DNA of 63,931 bases, filler included, from Stramenopiles sp. TOSAG23-3 (taxonomy: Eukaryota): assembly GCA_900128585.1 (NCBI GenBank). It is 3 parts of 3 records of this genome, joined end to end, with 100 filler letters (N's around TTAATTAATTAA, not from the genome) between each part and the next. Parts side by side here need not be neighbours in the genome. Positions count along the whole stretch, not along the records: positions 1 to 21,551 come from LT642354.1; 2 more parts are not named here. One strand, 5' to 3'. A model generated the notes under the pieces. The model did not search any database. It had not been told where the DNA came from and saw only the letters and a list, made by a program, of their open reading frames with translations. Numbering within the stretch: the first letter of the stretch is position 1; each line of letters starts with the position of its first letter. A program made the translations under genes and the position numbers. Positions 1 to 10,339 of the stretch are shown piece by piece.

Positions 1-129
1 TAGATTTTCAACTTTCAACTTTCCAACAAACAAAAGTGATTTTATAATCATGATTGCTAAAATGTTTCATAAACTTACACACAAGATCTACAGAAAAAAA
101 GCATCCCCTTCATCCTTATAGGCAAACAA

Positions 130-2703
130 ATGATGCTTTTGAACCTTCTGCTCATAGTTGTCTTGATAGTAGTGGGACTTTTGTCCTTGCCTGCTTCTAG
201 TTCAGGGCCCTCCACCGTCCTCTGTTCCCCCCACGCACGGTTTACGGTAGTTTCCCCCCGGATTGTACGAATCGAATACATTGACGATGTATCCCAAGAT
301 GCATTCGAAGACCGATCATCGACTGCATTTGCACACCGAAGATCGATGCCTATGAGCGATGTGCGAGTTGAAAACGGAACCAGTGAGTGGTGCAATATAT
401 CTGTCCAAGTTCCGCCGTATCTAAAAGTATCGTTTCGCAAAGTCGCAACATCCTCGCACGCCACCGATAGCTCGGGCAACAGGGGGGGCGCCTATTTTCA
501 AGCGCACGAACTATCAATAACAAGCGAGAACAGGAAACCGGAGAGAGCAGGATTCACGTGGAACGTAGGTGCGAAAGCCTCAGGGAACTTGCTCGGAACG
601 ATAGGATTGACCAACGTGACAATCGCGGGCGCGAACACGTCTGGGGTTGATCTGTCCGGCTGTTGCAGCAATCCAAGTTACCCTTCCGTTTTTGACCCAA
701 AATACCCGCTGAAATACGGTATACTATCGCGTGATGGGTGGTCGCTGGTAGACGATAGCTTTACGGAGCTGATTGACGACGGCACTGGCGACTTTGACGA
801 TGGATGGATATCCGAAATGGGTCGGGCGCCCGATTCCACGGATTGGCTCTTTTTTGGTTGTGGGCATGAGTATGCCTTGTGCTTGGAAGAGTTTGTTCAA
901 GTGAGCGGTAAAATCAGCGCCCCGACAAAGAACGCTCTCGGTTTATGGTGGTCCAGGCATTGGGGGGACCCATTTGACCACAATCCATTTGGTCCGATGA
1001 CGGAGGAAGCGATCATGAACGATGTCGTGAACGGTTATTTGAAACGTAATTTGCCTTTGGATGTGGTCGTGCTGGACATGGAGTGGCACTCTCAAACGCA
1101 ATACCCTGACTGCGAAACGTTCATTGGCATCAAAGGTTGGGGGGGGTACACCTGGAACAAGACACTGTTCCCTGACCCGGGCGATTTCATTGCAAAAGTG
1201 CATTCCCATGATATACACGTTGCATTGAATTTTCACCCCGATGGAACAATTGATGCGTGCCAAGAACCGTACACTAAGTTGGCAGAAGCCCTGGGTGTGG
1301 ACCCTGCGACAAAGCAGGGGTTGCCAGATCTTGATGTTTCCCAAAAGAACGAAACGTACTGCAATGCACACTTTACGACCTGCATCGAACCCTTGCATAA
1401 TGATATTGCCTGGACCGACACGGCCATGAGCACCACATGGTCGAATTACCTGTACGTTCGCTTCCCAGCGTTGAGAAAAAACAAGCGCACCATCAACTTT
1501 TCGAGGTACACTGGGATCGGTGACCAGCGCAAGCCAATAGGCTTCAGCGGCGACACACTGAGGCGCTTTGATACCCTGCAGTACGAAGTGTACATGACCC
1601 CAAGGGCAGCAAATGTGGGGTTTGGCTGGTGGTCCCATGACATTGGCGGGTTCAGGACCCACGCTGGCTACATTAACCACACGAATCACACAGAGACCCC
1701 GCAATTGTTCTTGAGATGGTTGCAGTTTGCAACGTTCGCACCAATTTTTCGACAGCACTGTCGCTTTTGTGACCAGCGAATTTGGACGTTTGGTGACGAG
1801 TGGTACGGCATGATGAAAGAGACTCTGCTCGAGCGACACCGTCTGTTTCCTTACATCAACACGCACGCCCATTTGGAAACGTACTCGAAAGGCCGATCCC
1901 TGCTTGCCCCTCTTTACTGGTCGTCCAGCGAAGCGGCGTCTATGGACGAGGCGTACGCCCCGATGTACTCCAACACGGAATATTTGTTTGGGAAACATTT
2001 CATCGTAGCGCCAATCACGGAGCCTTTGGAAGTGGCAACAGCAAAAAGACTTTGGCTGCCCCCTGGCTTATGGGTCAATTGGCGCAAACCGTCTCAGGTA
2101 TTCCATGGCCCAAAAGAGCTGGTCTTGGAGAATCTGAAGCTCAGCGATAGCCCTGTGTTTGTGAACAGTTCCGCGATCATCCCCATTCAAACGGACGTTG
2201 AATCCAGCAACATTCCTCATCAGGCCTTCCCCATAATTGACCCGGCGGTGTGGGTCATGTTTCCGTCTAGTGGTGCAACAATTGCATCTGGGGAACTTTT
2301 TGAAGATGACGGGAAGACAATGGATTACCGAAAAAAGGATAACTGCGGCATTCACACAGCAATCACAGCTACCATAACCCGCCAAGAAAGCAACGAGCAG
2401 GACCTGCCGGTCGGATCAAAAGTATTTGGCCACGTCGAAAGCACAATTGGGAACGGGCTCTCCAGTGCAACAAAAAAGACGCTACCAACACACCGTCGGC
2501 ATTGGGTCAAAATGTTGGGCATTGAAAAACATGCAAAACATGTTCAGTGTGCAGGGGAAATGTTGGCAGAGATTGCTAACATTGGTACAAACAGCAATGC
2601 GACGGGGTATTGGATTGACAAGGGAGAAAGCTCGCTGTGGTTATATTGTGGGTATCAGCCTCTTTCAGACTCAGGTGGGTTTGACATTTCGGTGGAGTTT
2701 TGA
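130..2703 (+). CDS. Secreted glycoside hydrolase family 31 (alpha-glucosidase/alpha-xylosidase-like), 857 aa
   Basis: N-terminal signal peptide; GH31 motifs LPLDVVVLDMEWH, GGYTWN, AWTD (likely nucleophile), FSGDT (likely acid/base), WWSHDIGG, RWLQFATFAPIFRQH and C-terminal LFEDDG. Intronless. Confidence 0.9.
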   Translation: MMLLNLLLIVVLIVVGLLSLPASSSGPSTVLCSPHARFTVVSPRIVRIEYIDDVSQDAFEDRSSTAFAHRRSMPMSDVRVENGTSEWCNISVQVPPYLKVSFRKVATSSHATDSSGNRGGAYFQAHELSITSENRKPERAGFTWNVGAKASGNLLGTIGLTNVTIAGANTSGVDLSGCCSNPSYPSVFDPKYPLKYGILSRDGWSLVDDSFTELIDDGTGDFDDGWISEMGRAPDSTDWLFFGCGHEYALCLEEFVQVSGKISAPTKNALGLWWSRHWGDPFDHNPFGPMTEEAIMNDVVNGYLKRNLPLDVVVLDMEWHSQTQYPDCETFIGIKGWGGYTWNKTLFPDPGDFIAKVHSHDIHVALNFHPDGTIDACQEPYTKLAEALGVDPATKQGLPDLDVSQKNETYCNAHFTTCIEPLHNDIAWTDTAMSTTWSNYLYVRFPALRKNKRTINFSRYTGIGDQRKPIGFSGDTLRRFDTLQYEVYMTPRAANVGFGWWSHDIGGFRTHAGYINHTNHTETPQLFLRWLQFATFAPIFRQHCRFCDQRIWTFGDEWYGMMKETLLERHRLFPYINTHAHLETYSKGRSLLAPLYWSSSEAASMDEAYAPMYSNTEYLFGKHFIVAPITEPLEVATAKRLWLPPGLWVNWRKPSQVFHGPKELVLENLKLSDSPVFVNSSAIIPIQTDVESSNIPHQAFPIIDPAVWVMFPSSGATIASGELFEDDGKTMDYRKKDNCGIHTAITATITRQESNEQDLPVGSKVFGHVESTIGNGLSSATKKTLPTHRRHWVKMLGIEKHAKHVQCAGEMLAEIANIGTNSNATGYWIDKGESSLWLYCGYQPLSDSGGFDISVEF

Positions 2704-2736
2704 TGGCGGGGAGGGGTAAAATATATGTGAGTAATT

Positions 2737-2800
2737 AAAGACAAGAAAATTGGCTGTTATTAAAAACAAGAAAATTGGCTGTTATTTAAGTGAGTAATTA
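2737..2800. repeat. Two tandem copies of a 25-bp unit AAAAACAAGAAAATTGGCTGTTATT
   Basis: Units at 2737-2761 and 2762-2786, flanked by GTGAGTAATTA at 2727 and 2790. The same unit recurs at 27582-27655. Confidence 0.9.
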
Positions 2801-2989
2801 TTTAAAGATATTATTGTACTAAATATATTTATTTTTTTTTATTGTAAGGGAAGAATGAAAATTGGAAATTTCAAGAGGTGTAGTCATAAAACCAATTTAA
2901 GATTAAAATCTAAACCATAGCAGCGCCCCATTATTTCGTTTATACATTTTAAGTTGGTGGAGATTTTATTTAAAAAAATAATTTTCTGA

Positions 2990-3014
2990 NNNNNNNNNNN
3001 NNNNNNNNNNNNNN
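2990..3014. other. Assembly gap (25 N)
   Basis: Run of N. Confidence 0.99.
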
Positions 3015-3079
3015 TAAGTATTTATTTTTATGTTTTTTCCATGTTTAAGAATTTTATGTGCCCAGCGGAATTTTATGTT

Positions 3080-4729
3080 TTACTCTTCTTCTCTTTTTCT
3101 CTTTCGCACAACGTCATTCTCCAACAATCTATCTTCCTCTCTATCTTTTTTGTCTTGCTCCAGCAATCCATGGTAACTAAATTCGATTTCATGTCCATGA
3201 CAATTTCTGCTTAAAGCAGAGGTTTTGTCCAATCCCCACTCGTCTATCTGGCAAAGTTCCAGACGGGGGTTGTGGCCGCTGTTGTGATAGTCACGCAGAG
3301 TAAACGTTGACGCAGATATAAAATTTGTAGTGCCTAAGTTTTTCGAGATACCCCTTGGCAGTTTTGCCAAGTAGTGGACCCTCGTATGTCTGCAAGACAT
3401 TTTCAAAATTTCCTTTTTTCCATTCAACAGCTGCAATCTCCTAAATTCGCGCAGAGCACCATTGAAAAGTTTAAGCTCTCTCCGTGTGTTATAAACCTGA
3501 GGCGCTACCCTTAAATATTTGAAGCGTGCGCTGATCACAATGTTTATTTTGTCTTTCAGCCACTTTGAAATTTGCTCTGGAAAGTCAGGGTTGCCACTTT
3601 GTTTAATTCCTATAATATGGTGGTAGTTTTTTACGGTCGTCAGGCCCAAGTAATCGCATTCTCGCTTGATATCGTCTGTCATGAGCGTTTTGATGAGCCA
3701 GGAAATGTTTTCGACACCCCACTCGTACACAATTTTATTTAGTGAATGCGCAAGCATGGGAACTATAAGGGGGTTTATACGACCGCCAGCGCAGAAACGG
3801 CTTGCCCCAGCCCCGTAGCGCTCTTCGTACGGTGGATTCCCCGCCTCGCCGTTACTTTGAAATGGTAAGCAGACGTCTCCAGACGCACCTAGCCGTTTGT
3901 GCTCATGGTGTTCCAGTGGTACGCCAATGCTGCACCATTTTTTACTGGCATACACCAGGCACATCCCGTACGGACCAAACAAATGTTTATGGATGCTTGC
4001 ACACACAAAATCAGGCTTCACTTTCTCCACGTCGAATGGCAAACAACCAATCGACTGGGTCCCGTCAACTACCAAATAAATTTGGTTGTCGTGACAAACT
4101 TTCCCAATTCTGTTTATGTCCAGCACTTCGCCTGAGCACCAATGCACATTTGGCAAAGCGGCAATGGCGATCGCAAGTTTGGGGTTCTGCAAAGCGTTCA
4201 CTATACTGTCCGTCAGATCCGTTTCCTCCTCTTCCTCTGTTTCCTTTACAACAAACAGTTCCAACTCCGATTTTTTTGTCAAGCTTTGCCAAGGGTACAC
4301 GTTGGACGACATTTGGTCTTCCAAAATTAAAACCTTTTTCCCCGCAAATTCCCAACTAGGATCCTTCTGTTTTTTTAACATTTCTTCATAAATATTTTTT
4401 GCCGCAAGAGACATGGCGTACGAACATGAGGGGGTGTACGCAATCTGTTCAGGGTCTTGGCAATTCACTAGTGTCGCAAAGGCCTCACGTACTTTGAGCT
4501 CATCCTCTTCCTCTGCAATTGAAGAGGGCGTTTTCATTTGCCGCGCCATCGCCGCCTGGCCCACTTCAAACGTTTTTTTCATCAATGGAGTTCGCGACGC
4601 AGCATTTAAATACACCCGTGTTATCTTATTAAGTTCATACTTTGGCAAATCAAAGTCATAACGCGCACCCATTACTTTATGCTTCGACCCATATAACATA
4701 TATAATTCCCTGGTTGCAAGGGACGACAT
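3080..4729 (-). CDS. Class-V PLP-dependent aminotransferase-fold enzyme (cysteine desulfurase/selenocysteine lyase-like) with C-terminal extension
   Basis: VYLNAASRTP, LVVDGTQSIG, DFVCASIHKHLFGPYG (PLP lysine) and LRVAPQVYNT. First ATG at 4729. Confidence 0.85.
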   Translation of the reverse strand: MSSLATRELYMLYGSKHKVMGARYDFDLPKYELNKITRVYLNAASRTPLMKKTFEVGQAAMARQMKTPSSIAEEEDELKVREAFATLVNCQDPEQIAYTPSCSYAMSLAAKNIYEEMLKKQKDPSWEFAGKKVLILEDQMSSNVYPWQSLTKKSELELFVVKETEEEEETDLTDSIVNALQNPKLAIAIAALPNVHWCSGEVLDINRIGKVCHDNQIYLVVDGTQSIGCLPFDVEKVKPDFVCASIHKHLFGPYGMCLVYASKKWCSIGVPLEHHEHKRLGASGDVCLPFQSNGEAGNPPYEERYGAGASRFCAGGRINPLIVPMLAHSLNKIVYEWGVENISWLIKTLMTDDIKRECDYLGLTTVKNYHHIIGIKQSGNPDFPEQISKWLKDKINIVISARFKYLRVAPQVYNTRRELKLFNGALREFRRLQLLNGKKEILKMSCRHTRVHYLAKLPRGISKNLGTTNFISASTFTLRDYHNSGHNPRLELCQIDEWGLDKTSALSRNCHGHEIEFSYHGLLEQDKKDREEDRLLENDVVRKRKREEE

Positions 4730-5027
4730 GAGAACAAACAAAGGGAATGGAATTCAATTACAGTTTAACCATCCATACCATATATTTTTTTGTAAACTTT
4801 AACACGTATCTTTTTAATTTTGTTGTTCAGACAACATATTGACAGGTAGTCCTCGTGCATTTTCATATTACCAATAGATGATAATATTGAAACCTCGCTC
4901 CCGCCACCACTACGCACCCACCCAAAAAATCTTCTTCTATATATTTTATTTTAATCGATCAATCATCATAAATATCTCTCACACTATTTCCTCCTCCTTC
5001 CTCCTCCTTCCTCCTCGCCCACCTCCC

Positions 5028-5105
5028 AAAAAAAAAAGAAAAAAAAAGAAGAAGAAAAGAAGAAGAAGGAAGAAGAGAATGAAGAACACAAAGAAGAACG
5101 AAGAA
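5028..5105 (+). repeat. Poly-A/(AAG)n purine tract in divergent intergenic region
   Basis: Low-complexity A/G run seen directly. Confidence 0.85.
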
Positions 5106-5410
5106 CCCACCACCCCCCTCCCTCTGCCACTTCAACACAAACAACAAATCCAACAACAACAATTTTATAAAAAAAATATTTGGTGTGGTTTTGGATAACA
5201 GTTCAACTGAATGAATTATTGCCGTTGCCTTCTCCATGCAAGGTTGAATATACGCCGTATAGATCCTTCCATTTCAGTCTAGGTTGTATAGGGTCACAAC
5301 TAAACATTTAATGATTCATACCCTGGCTGAAACCCCATAATAAATATTAAACGCAAAATTAAAACACAGTTTTCTTCAACTACCTTTGTTTTGATATTGT
5401 GCGGTGCACC

Positions 5411-8400
5411 ATGGCGTCTCTGACATTACTACAAGGGAAGGGAACTTCATCTGAAAAGGATACCGATACCGCTGTGGGAAAAGGCAGTGCTGGGCTTAGG
5501 AATAAAGATGCCAAAGGGTCGAGAGAGGCTCTATTTCGAACCAAACTGCCTTGTTTGGAAGAGGCAAAAAAGTGCAAAGGAGTGTGCAAGGCTTGCCTTA
5601 AAAGTGTCATCATGGTGTTGACGTTGCAAGACCCACTGGTGTATCACCAGCACTCCGACGATAAAACCGAAGGAGTCTTGCTCGCGGAGCCTGATTTTCG
5701 TTGGCCAGATGACGAGACAGTAGACGGAGAGTACCCGCCTTATGTTAAAGAATCTGCCGGAAAACCCGCATGTTGTTTAAATATATGCTGTTGCTGCGCG
5801 TGTCCAGAACGGTTATCCTGCAAAAGATTCCACGAAGCATACAAAGAACCAATACGGCCATGGAAAGCGATCCTTAGGCCATTTCTGGTTTTCACTACAC
5901 CGTGTCTGTCCCTTCATTTTGAGAACCAACGCAGTCGTGTTTTGGGGGTAATCAACCTGGTTTCAACGTTGTTGATCATCATGCTCTGTGCCACACCAGT
6001 AGCAAACATACGACTTTCTGGCGGAAACTGCGAATCTGCTTTTGCATATTCACCGATATACAAATCGTACTACTTTGGGGAGACTATGAAGAATTACACT
6101 GCTATAAATCAAGAGCAGTTCACATTGAAAGACTATATATTATCTGATGAATTTAATTCATTAGAGTCGAAGGAGAGAGAAACGGTCTTGGCCAACCAGC
6201 AAAACCTTTACGATGATTATAAAAGGCACAGTGGGGGGTGGGAGAAGTCGAATATCGGATGCTCCTCCTCGCGTAATAGTTTGTCAAAATCTCTTCGCTA
6301 CTTCCATAATTCTAGTCGCTTGGGATTGCCGCATGGCTACAAAACTACCGGTCGCTGTGGTGGTGGTGAGTATTGTTATAGCGGCGACTACGACTGGGTA
6401 AGGGAAGAGGAAAAGAGAAGCAGGCAGGATTTGTATCAGTACTGTTCATTTTATAAACCCGGGGGCTTTAACTTCTTCGACAAACGATCTGGTGATGAGT
6501 TGTTTTTCAACATTGATGTTGATGACCCACAAACGGATTTGAAGGAGACTTACATTGTCTCTGAATTTCGGTTCCAACCGGCTAGTGACAACAAATACCA
6601 TGGAAAAGGTACGAACGACCATTCGTTGGATAATGCGCTTAATAGCTGCAAAAAAGCATGCCAATTTGGCAATTTGGATGCTATCACACGAGCGATGGAA
6701 ATCAACCCGAACGATGAAACGTGCGGAGTTTTTACATCAGCATACGGTTACCCATACAATTTTCGCACCACCCACAATATAACAACGAAGCAGGGAAAGA
6801 AATCTTATTTAGAAGATTTGAAGCGTGCGATTCCTCTGTCCGCAAAGAGCAAGCCTTTGAACGGCCTATCGTCAAAGTCTAGGATACAAGTAAAATCGAA
6901 TCCTTATAATCTGGTCCCAGAAGATATGATTAATGGTATTCCACGTCTCTTGCGTATTGCCTTTGTTGGTCTGGCCAATTCAAAAACAGCGCGTAGTTCC
7001 GGATGGGGTGGCGTGTTTTTTTTGAGCGCAGTAGTTGTAGATATTGTTGCATTGGTAGCTAGTCTGGGAGATGTGATCAATTTCTGTCCTGCAATAAAGA
7101 TCCCAAAATTCAAACCGACGACAAATTTGTCTAATTACACGTGTGAATTCAACGAGGAAGTTTTGATGAAAAACGCGTACTTTAAAAACAGAACTTCGGG
7201 TCTTGCTTCCAGTTGTCATGGTTCCAACAAACCATATTTTTGTGGCCCCTTTAAATATTTTCGTAACTTTCCGCAGCAACTAGAACGCCATGGGTTCAAA
7301 AAAAAGGAGAAAGACCCTTCGGTGCCCAACGCGAGCACTACCTGGACGAAGAATGTTCCGTTAAAGTTTGCAAGTATCGAAAAGGAATCTAGGAAGAAAC
7401 ATGATGTATCGAATTTCATACAGCTAATATCAGGTTCCTTCGTTGCAACTTTGTTTTCTGGGTTAAGAGGACTGGCAAAAATGCAGGAGGGCCAAATCAC
7501 AACGAACGACCTATTGCACAAGGACATTAGAACTACTGTCGGAACCCCCTTTCAATTGGAAAAGGAAGCGCTGAATTCCCGGCAAAGTTTTAACTTTGGC
7601 TTCGGTTCTGCATGGATTTTATTAAATTGGCTCAATATTGCATCTCTTTTCCTGGAGCTTATGATCCTTTTTTATGTCTTTTCAGGATGGTTATGCAAAG
7701 CACCAAACCTTCTTTGTGACAAAGTCTGCCCCAATAAATGTCGTAATGTTAGAAAAGAGATTCGGAAAGTGTGGCAGAACACGCCCTGCAAACGAGAGCG
7801 GCCGAAACAAAAACCAACGCTTTCTTCTTGGCAGCCGGAATTTCACTTTCCAATACGAGTTACAATTGCAGCGGGGCTTGCATTTATGTTGCTTTTGTGC
7901 GGCGCAGTACAACTCTTTAATTTTTGGGGTGCTGCTGCAAACGCAATTCCAGTGTTTGAAGAACAAATTACTACAAGTGTGAACAGCCTTGTGAAGAAAT
8001 CGGGGGTCATGGGTAGTCTCGTTTTGTCAAAAAATGTAGCAAAGAAGCAAAATGCTTACATGAGTACGAAGGAGGACATGTATTTCAAAGCTTTCGTCGG
8101 CGTTGCCGAAAAGTTAGACCCGACAATAAATTCTTCGTCCACGTCGACGTTTACGAAGACGTTACAGGATTCATTTAGCTCCTGTCTTGCGCTCTCGGAA
8201 ATGATTTACTTAGCAACAATAAAGGCGGAAAAGCAATTCATTGACACGTACAGTGATGTTGTCGACAAGTTGTTGCGCGCAAAAAGCGCCAATAAATTAA
8301 ATATGCTGAACTCGTTAATGCAAGACACCGCCGTGGAGTTTATATCACCTTCAAACAATACTGCGAATGGATGCGAAAAAGAAGCGTCCAAAATATTTCT

Positions 8401-9787
8401 GCAAGCAAAACCTTGTCTTTTAAGCTCTTTGAAGAATGCATCGTTCGGTAATTTTACTGAAGCACCAGCAAGAGTTCATTATTTTCTAAATGATACCTGT
8501 CCACAAATACTTTGTGCCGGGGTTCTTGAAACGATGACTGAAACGGGAGCAAACAGAAGAGGGGCAGTCGACGGGACCATGGTTATGCAGGAAATTTTCC
8601 AATCGAAAGCGGCGAAAGATGAGTTTGCCAGGATCCCGGGAATTAACCCCGATTTTTTTAACACGCTCTTAACTAACGGAAAGGGGGAGCGACTGGGACT
8701 TCTGTTTGAAATATTAGAAGCAGTGTTGGACCCGAGCGGTGAAAGTGGGTTTTCATTAGATAACGCTCAAAATGCAATCTCTAAGATTCGTACGATGTTA
8801 AAAGGGCTGGAAGCCATCGCGCATATGGGAGGTGCGGCAGCCTGGATCGCTTGCTTTATTTCCTTGTGTCAAATTTTTGCTTTCATAAAACGAGTGTATT
8901 GGGTAGGACACAATCAATTGTCTGCTGTAGTTCGACTCTACGACCCTGTTGTTGGGTACAACAATGCTATTCAATCCAATGAAATGACATTGAAAGATTT
9001 GGTCCTACTCCGAGGGATTTATTTCACAAAACGCGAAATGCGTCACATTGTAGCAAACACCGGGGAACACGATGACAAAGCACAAGTAGCACGGCGGCGA
9101 TACATGGGGAAAAAACTTCGTTACGTTAACTTAACTTCCAGCTCCATGTTCATAGGCGTCTATCCTTTTTCCATTGTTCTGAGTTTTGTGGTAAATTCGT
9201 TTTTTCTTTGGTTGCTCCTCTGCTTACTCGGTATCCCGCTCTATCTAATCGTTCATGTGCCTAATTGGCCGGTATATTTTGCCACTCCGTTATCTGTCAT
9301 TCTTCCGTTGTTACTGTTGATAATAATCAAAGCCCTTGTTCTTTGCTGTGTAAAAGAACGTCTTGGCCTGGCCAAGGCAAGCCACCAAGGATCATCGCAC
9401 ATTGGATCTCTGGGAGTGTACGATGGAGCATTTACTCTGTTTGGAGCAATCGTTGGGTTTGCACCTGCCATTGTTCGCATTGTTGGCGCGTTGCTAGTAG
9501 GGATTATAAAAGTTTCTCGACTAGACACACCGTTAAGTTACACTTCATTAGACTCTGCGCATAGGTTCTTTTTGGGGGTGCTCGAAGAAATGCGAATGCG
9601 CGCTGAGTATCGGGTCAGGCAACGTTGGTTCGTAGAGCAGCGAAAACAGAATTCGTCAAGAAAGAAAAACTCTTGGGGAGGATTGGAAACCGGGTCTAAA
9701 GTAAGCGCAAATAACACTGCCGCATCAAAGATCAGCGATGAGATCAGTTTCGAAATGTCCAAACAAAAGGAAACGAGGGGGAATTAG
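5411..9787 (+). CDS. Large multi-pass membrane protein with a STRA6 (RBP-receptor family)-like C-terminal region
   Basis: About 1458-aa ORF with several hydrophobic segments. FHFPIRVTIA and GFAPAIVRIVGALLVGIIKVSRLDTPL...LDSAHRFFLGVLEE resemble STRA6-family motifs. Two large Cys-containing loops. Confidence 0.6.
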   Translation: MASLTLLQGKGTSSEKDTDTAVGKGSAGLRNKDAKGSREALFRTKLPCLEEAKKCKGVCKACLKSVIMVLTLQDPLVYHQHSDDKTEGVLLAEPDFRWPDDETVDGEYPPYVKESAGKPACCLNICCCCACPERLSCKRFHEAYKEPIRPWKAILRPFLVFTTPCLSLHFENQRSRVLGVINLVSTLLIIMLCATPVANIRLSGGNCESAFAYSPIYKSYYFGETMKNYTAINQEQFTLKDYILSDEFNSLESKERETVLANQQNLYDDYKRHSGGWEKSNIGCSSSRNSLSKSLRYFHNSSRLGLPHGYKTTGRCGGGEYCYSGDYDWVREEEKRSRQDLYQYCSFYKPGGFNFFDKRSGDELFFNIDVDDPQTDLKETYIVSEFRFQPASDNKYHGKGTNDHSLDNALNSCKKACQFGNLDAITRAMEINPNDETCGVFTSAYGYPYNFRTTHNITTKQGKKSYLEDLKRAIPLSAKSKPLNGLSSKSRIQVKSNPYNLVPEDMINGIPRLLRIAFVGLANSKTARSSGWGGVFFLSAVVVDIVALVASLGDVINFCPAIKIPKFKPTTNLSNYTCEFNEEVLMKNAYFKNRTSGLASSCHGSNKPYFCGPFKYFRNFPQQLERHGFKKKEKDPSVPNASTTWTKNVPLKFASIEKESRKKHDVSNFIQLISGSFVATLFSGLRGLAKMQEGQITTNDLLHKDIRTTVGTPFQLEKEALNSRQSFNFGFGSAWILLNWLNIASLFLELMILFYVFSGWLCKAPNLLCDKVCPNKCRNVRKEIRKVWQNTPCKRERPKQKPTLSSWQPEFHFPIRVTIAAGLAFMLLLCGAVQLFNFWGAAANAIPVFEEQITTSVNSLVKKSGVMGSLVLSKNVAKKQNAYMSTKEDMYFKAFVGVAEKLDPTINSSSTSTFTKTLQDSFSSCLALSEMIYLATIKAEKQFIDTYSDVVDKLLRAKSANKLNMLNSLMQDTAVEFISPSNNTANGCEKEASKIFLQAKPCLLSSLKNASFGNFTEAPARVHYFLNDTCPQILCAGVLETMTETGANRRGAVDGTMVMQEIFQSKAAKDEFARIPGINPDFFNTLLTNGKGERLGLLFEILEAVLDPSGESGFSLDNAQNAISKIRTMLKGLEAIAHMGGAAAWIACFISLCQIFAFIKRVYWVGHNQLSAVVRLYDPVVGYNNAIQSNEMTLKDLVLLRGIYFTKREMRHIVANTGEHDDKAQVARRRYMGKKLRYVNLTSSSMFIGVYPFSIVLSFVVNSFFLWLLLCLLGIPLYLIVHVPNWPVYFATPLSVILPLLLLIIIKALVLCCVKERLGLAKASHQGSSHIGSLGVYDGAFTLFGAIVGFAPAIVRIVGALLVGIIKVSRLDTPLSYTSLDSAHRFFLGVLEEMRMRAEYRVRQRWFVEQRKQNSSRKKNSWGGLETGSKVSANNTAASKISDEISFEMSKQKETRGN

Positions 9788-10339
9788 TCGTCTAGCACAG
9801 CATTGAATTTAAAGGAAGGGTGGAAACAAATATTTTATTTCACTTACAATCGCTCTACATTTATTGCCTGTTGTTCTACTTCGTTCTACAAATATTAATT
9901 ATCAGAAGTCTATTAATATATGCCCCTATTTCATGTCGTCAAAAGAGGAGGATGGATGATGGCATTTTAGAGAAAATCGTTAAAAAGCGAGGAGATGATG
10001 AGATATGTGGAAGAAGAAGACGCTTGCTTGATTTTTCTTCTTTTTTTTTTAAATCCACACAAGAAGAATGCTTTATTAAGCCGCCGGGGAAAAGTAAGAT
10101 ATATTAAATAAAGAGAAATATATTATATTAAAAATAATAATCATCCCCAAGAATTAATGTGTATGTATGGAACATTTACTAGTTTTGCAACTACATTGTA
10201 TTGTGCGTGTGCATGACGACTAAGTAATGATTTAGTTTGTTTTTAAGAATTAGTTTGTTTTACTGACTGGTCCAAGAAGAAGAAGAAAGAGCGGCTTGCT
10301 TGCAACGAGAAAACTTGTTCGGTTCATAGCCCCGGAAAA

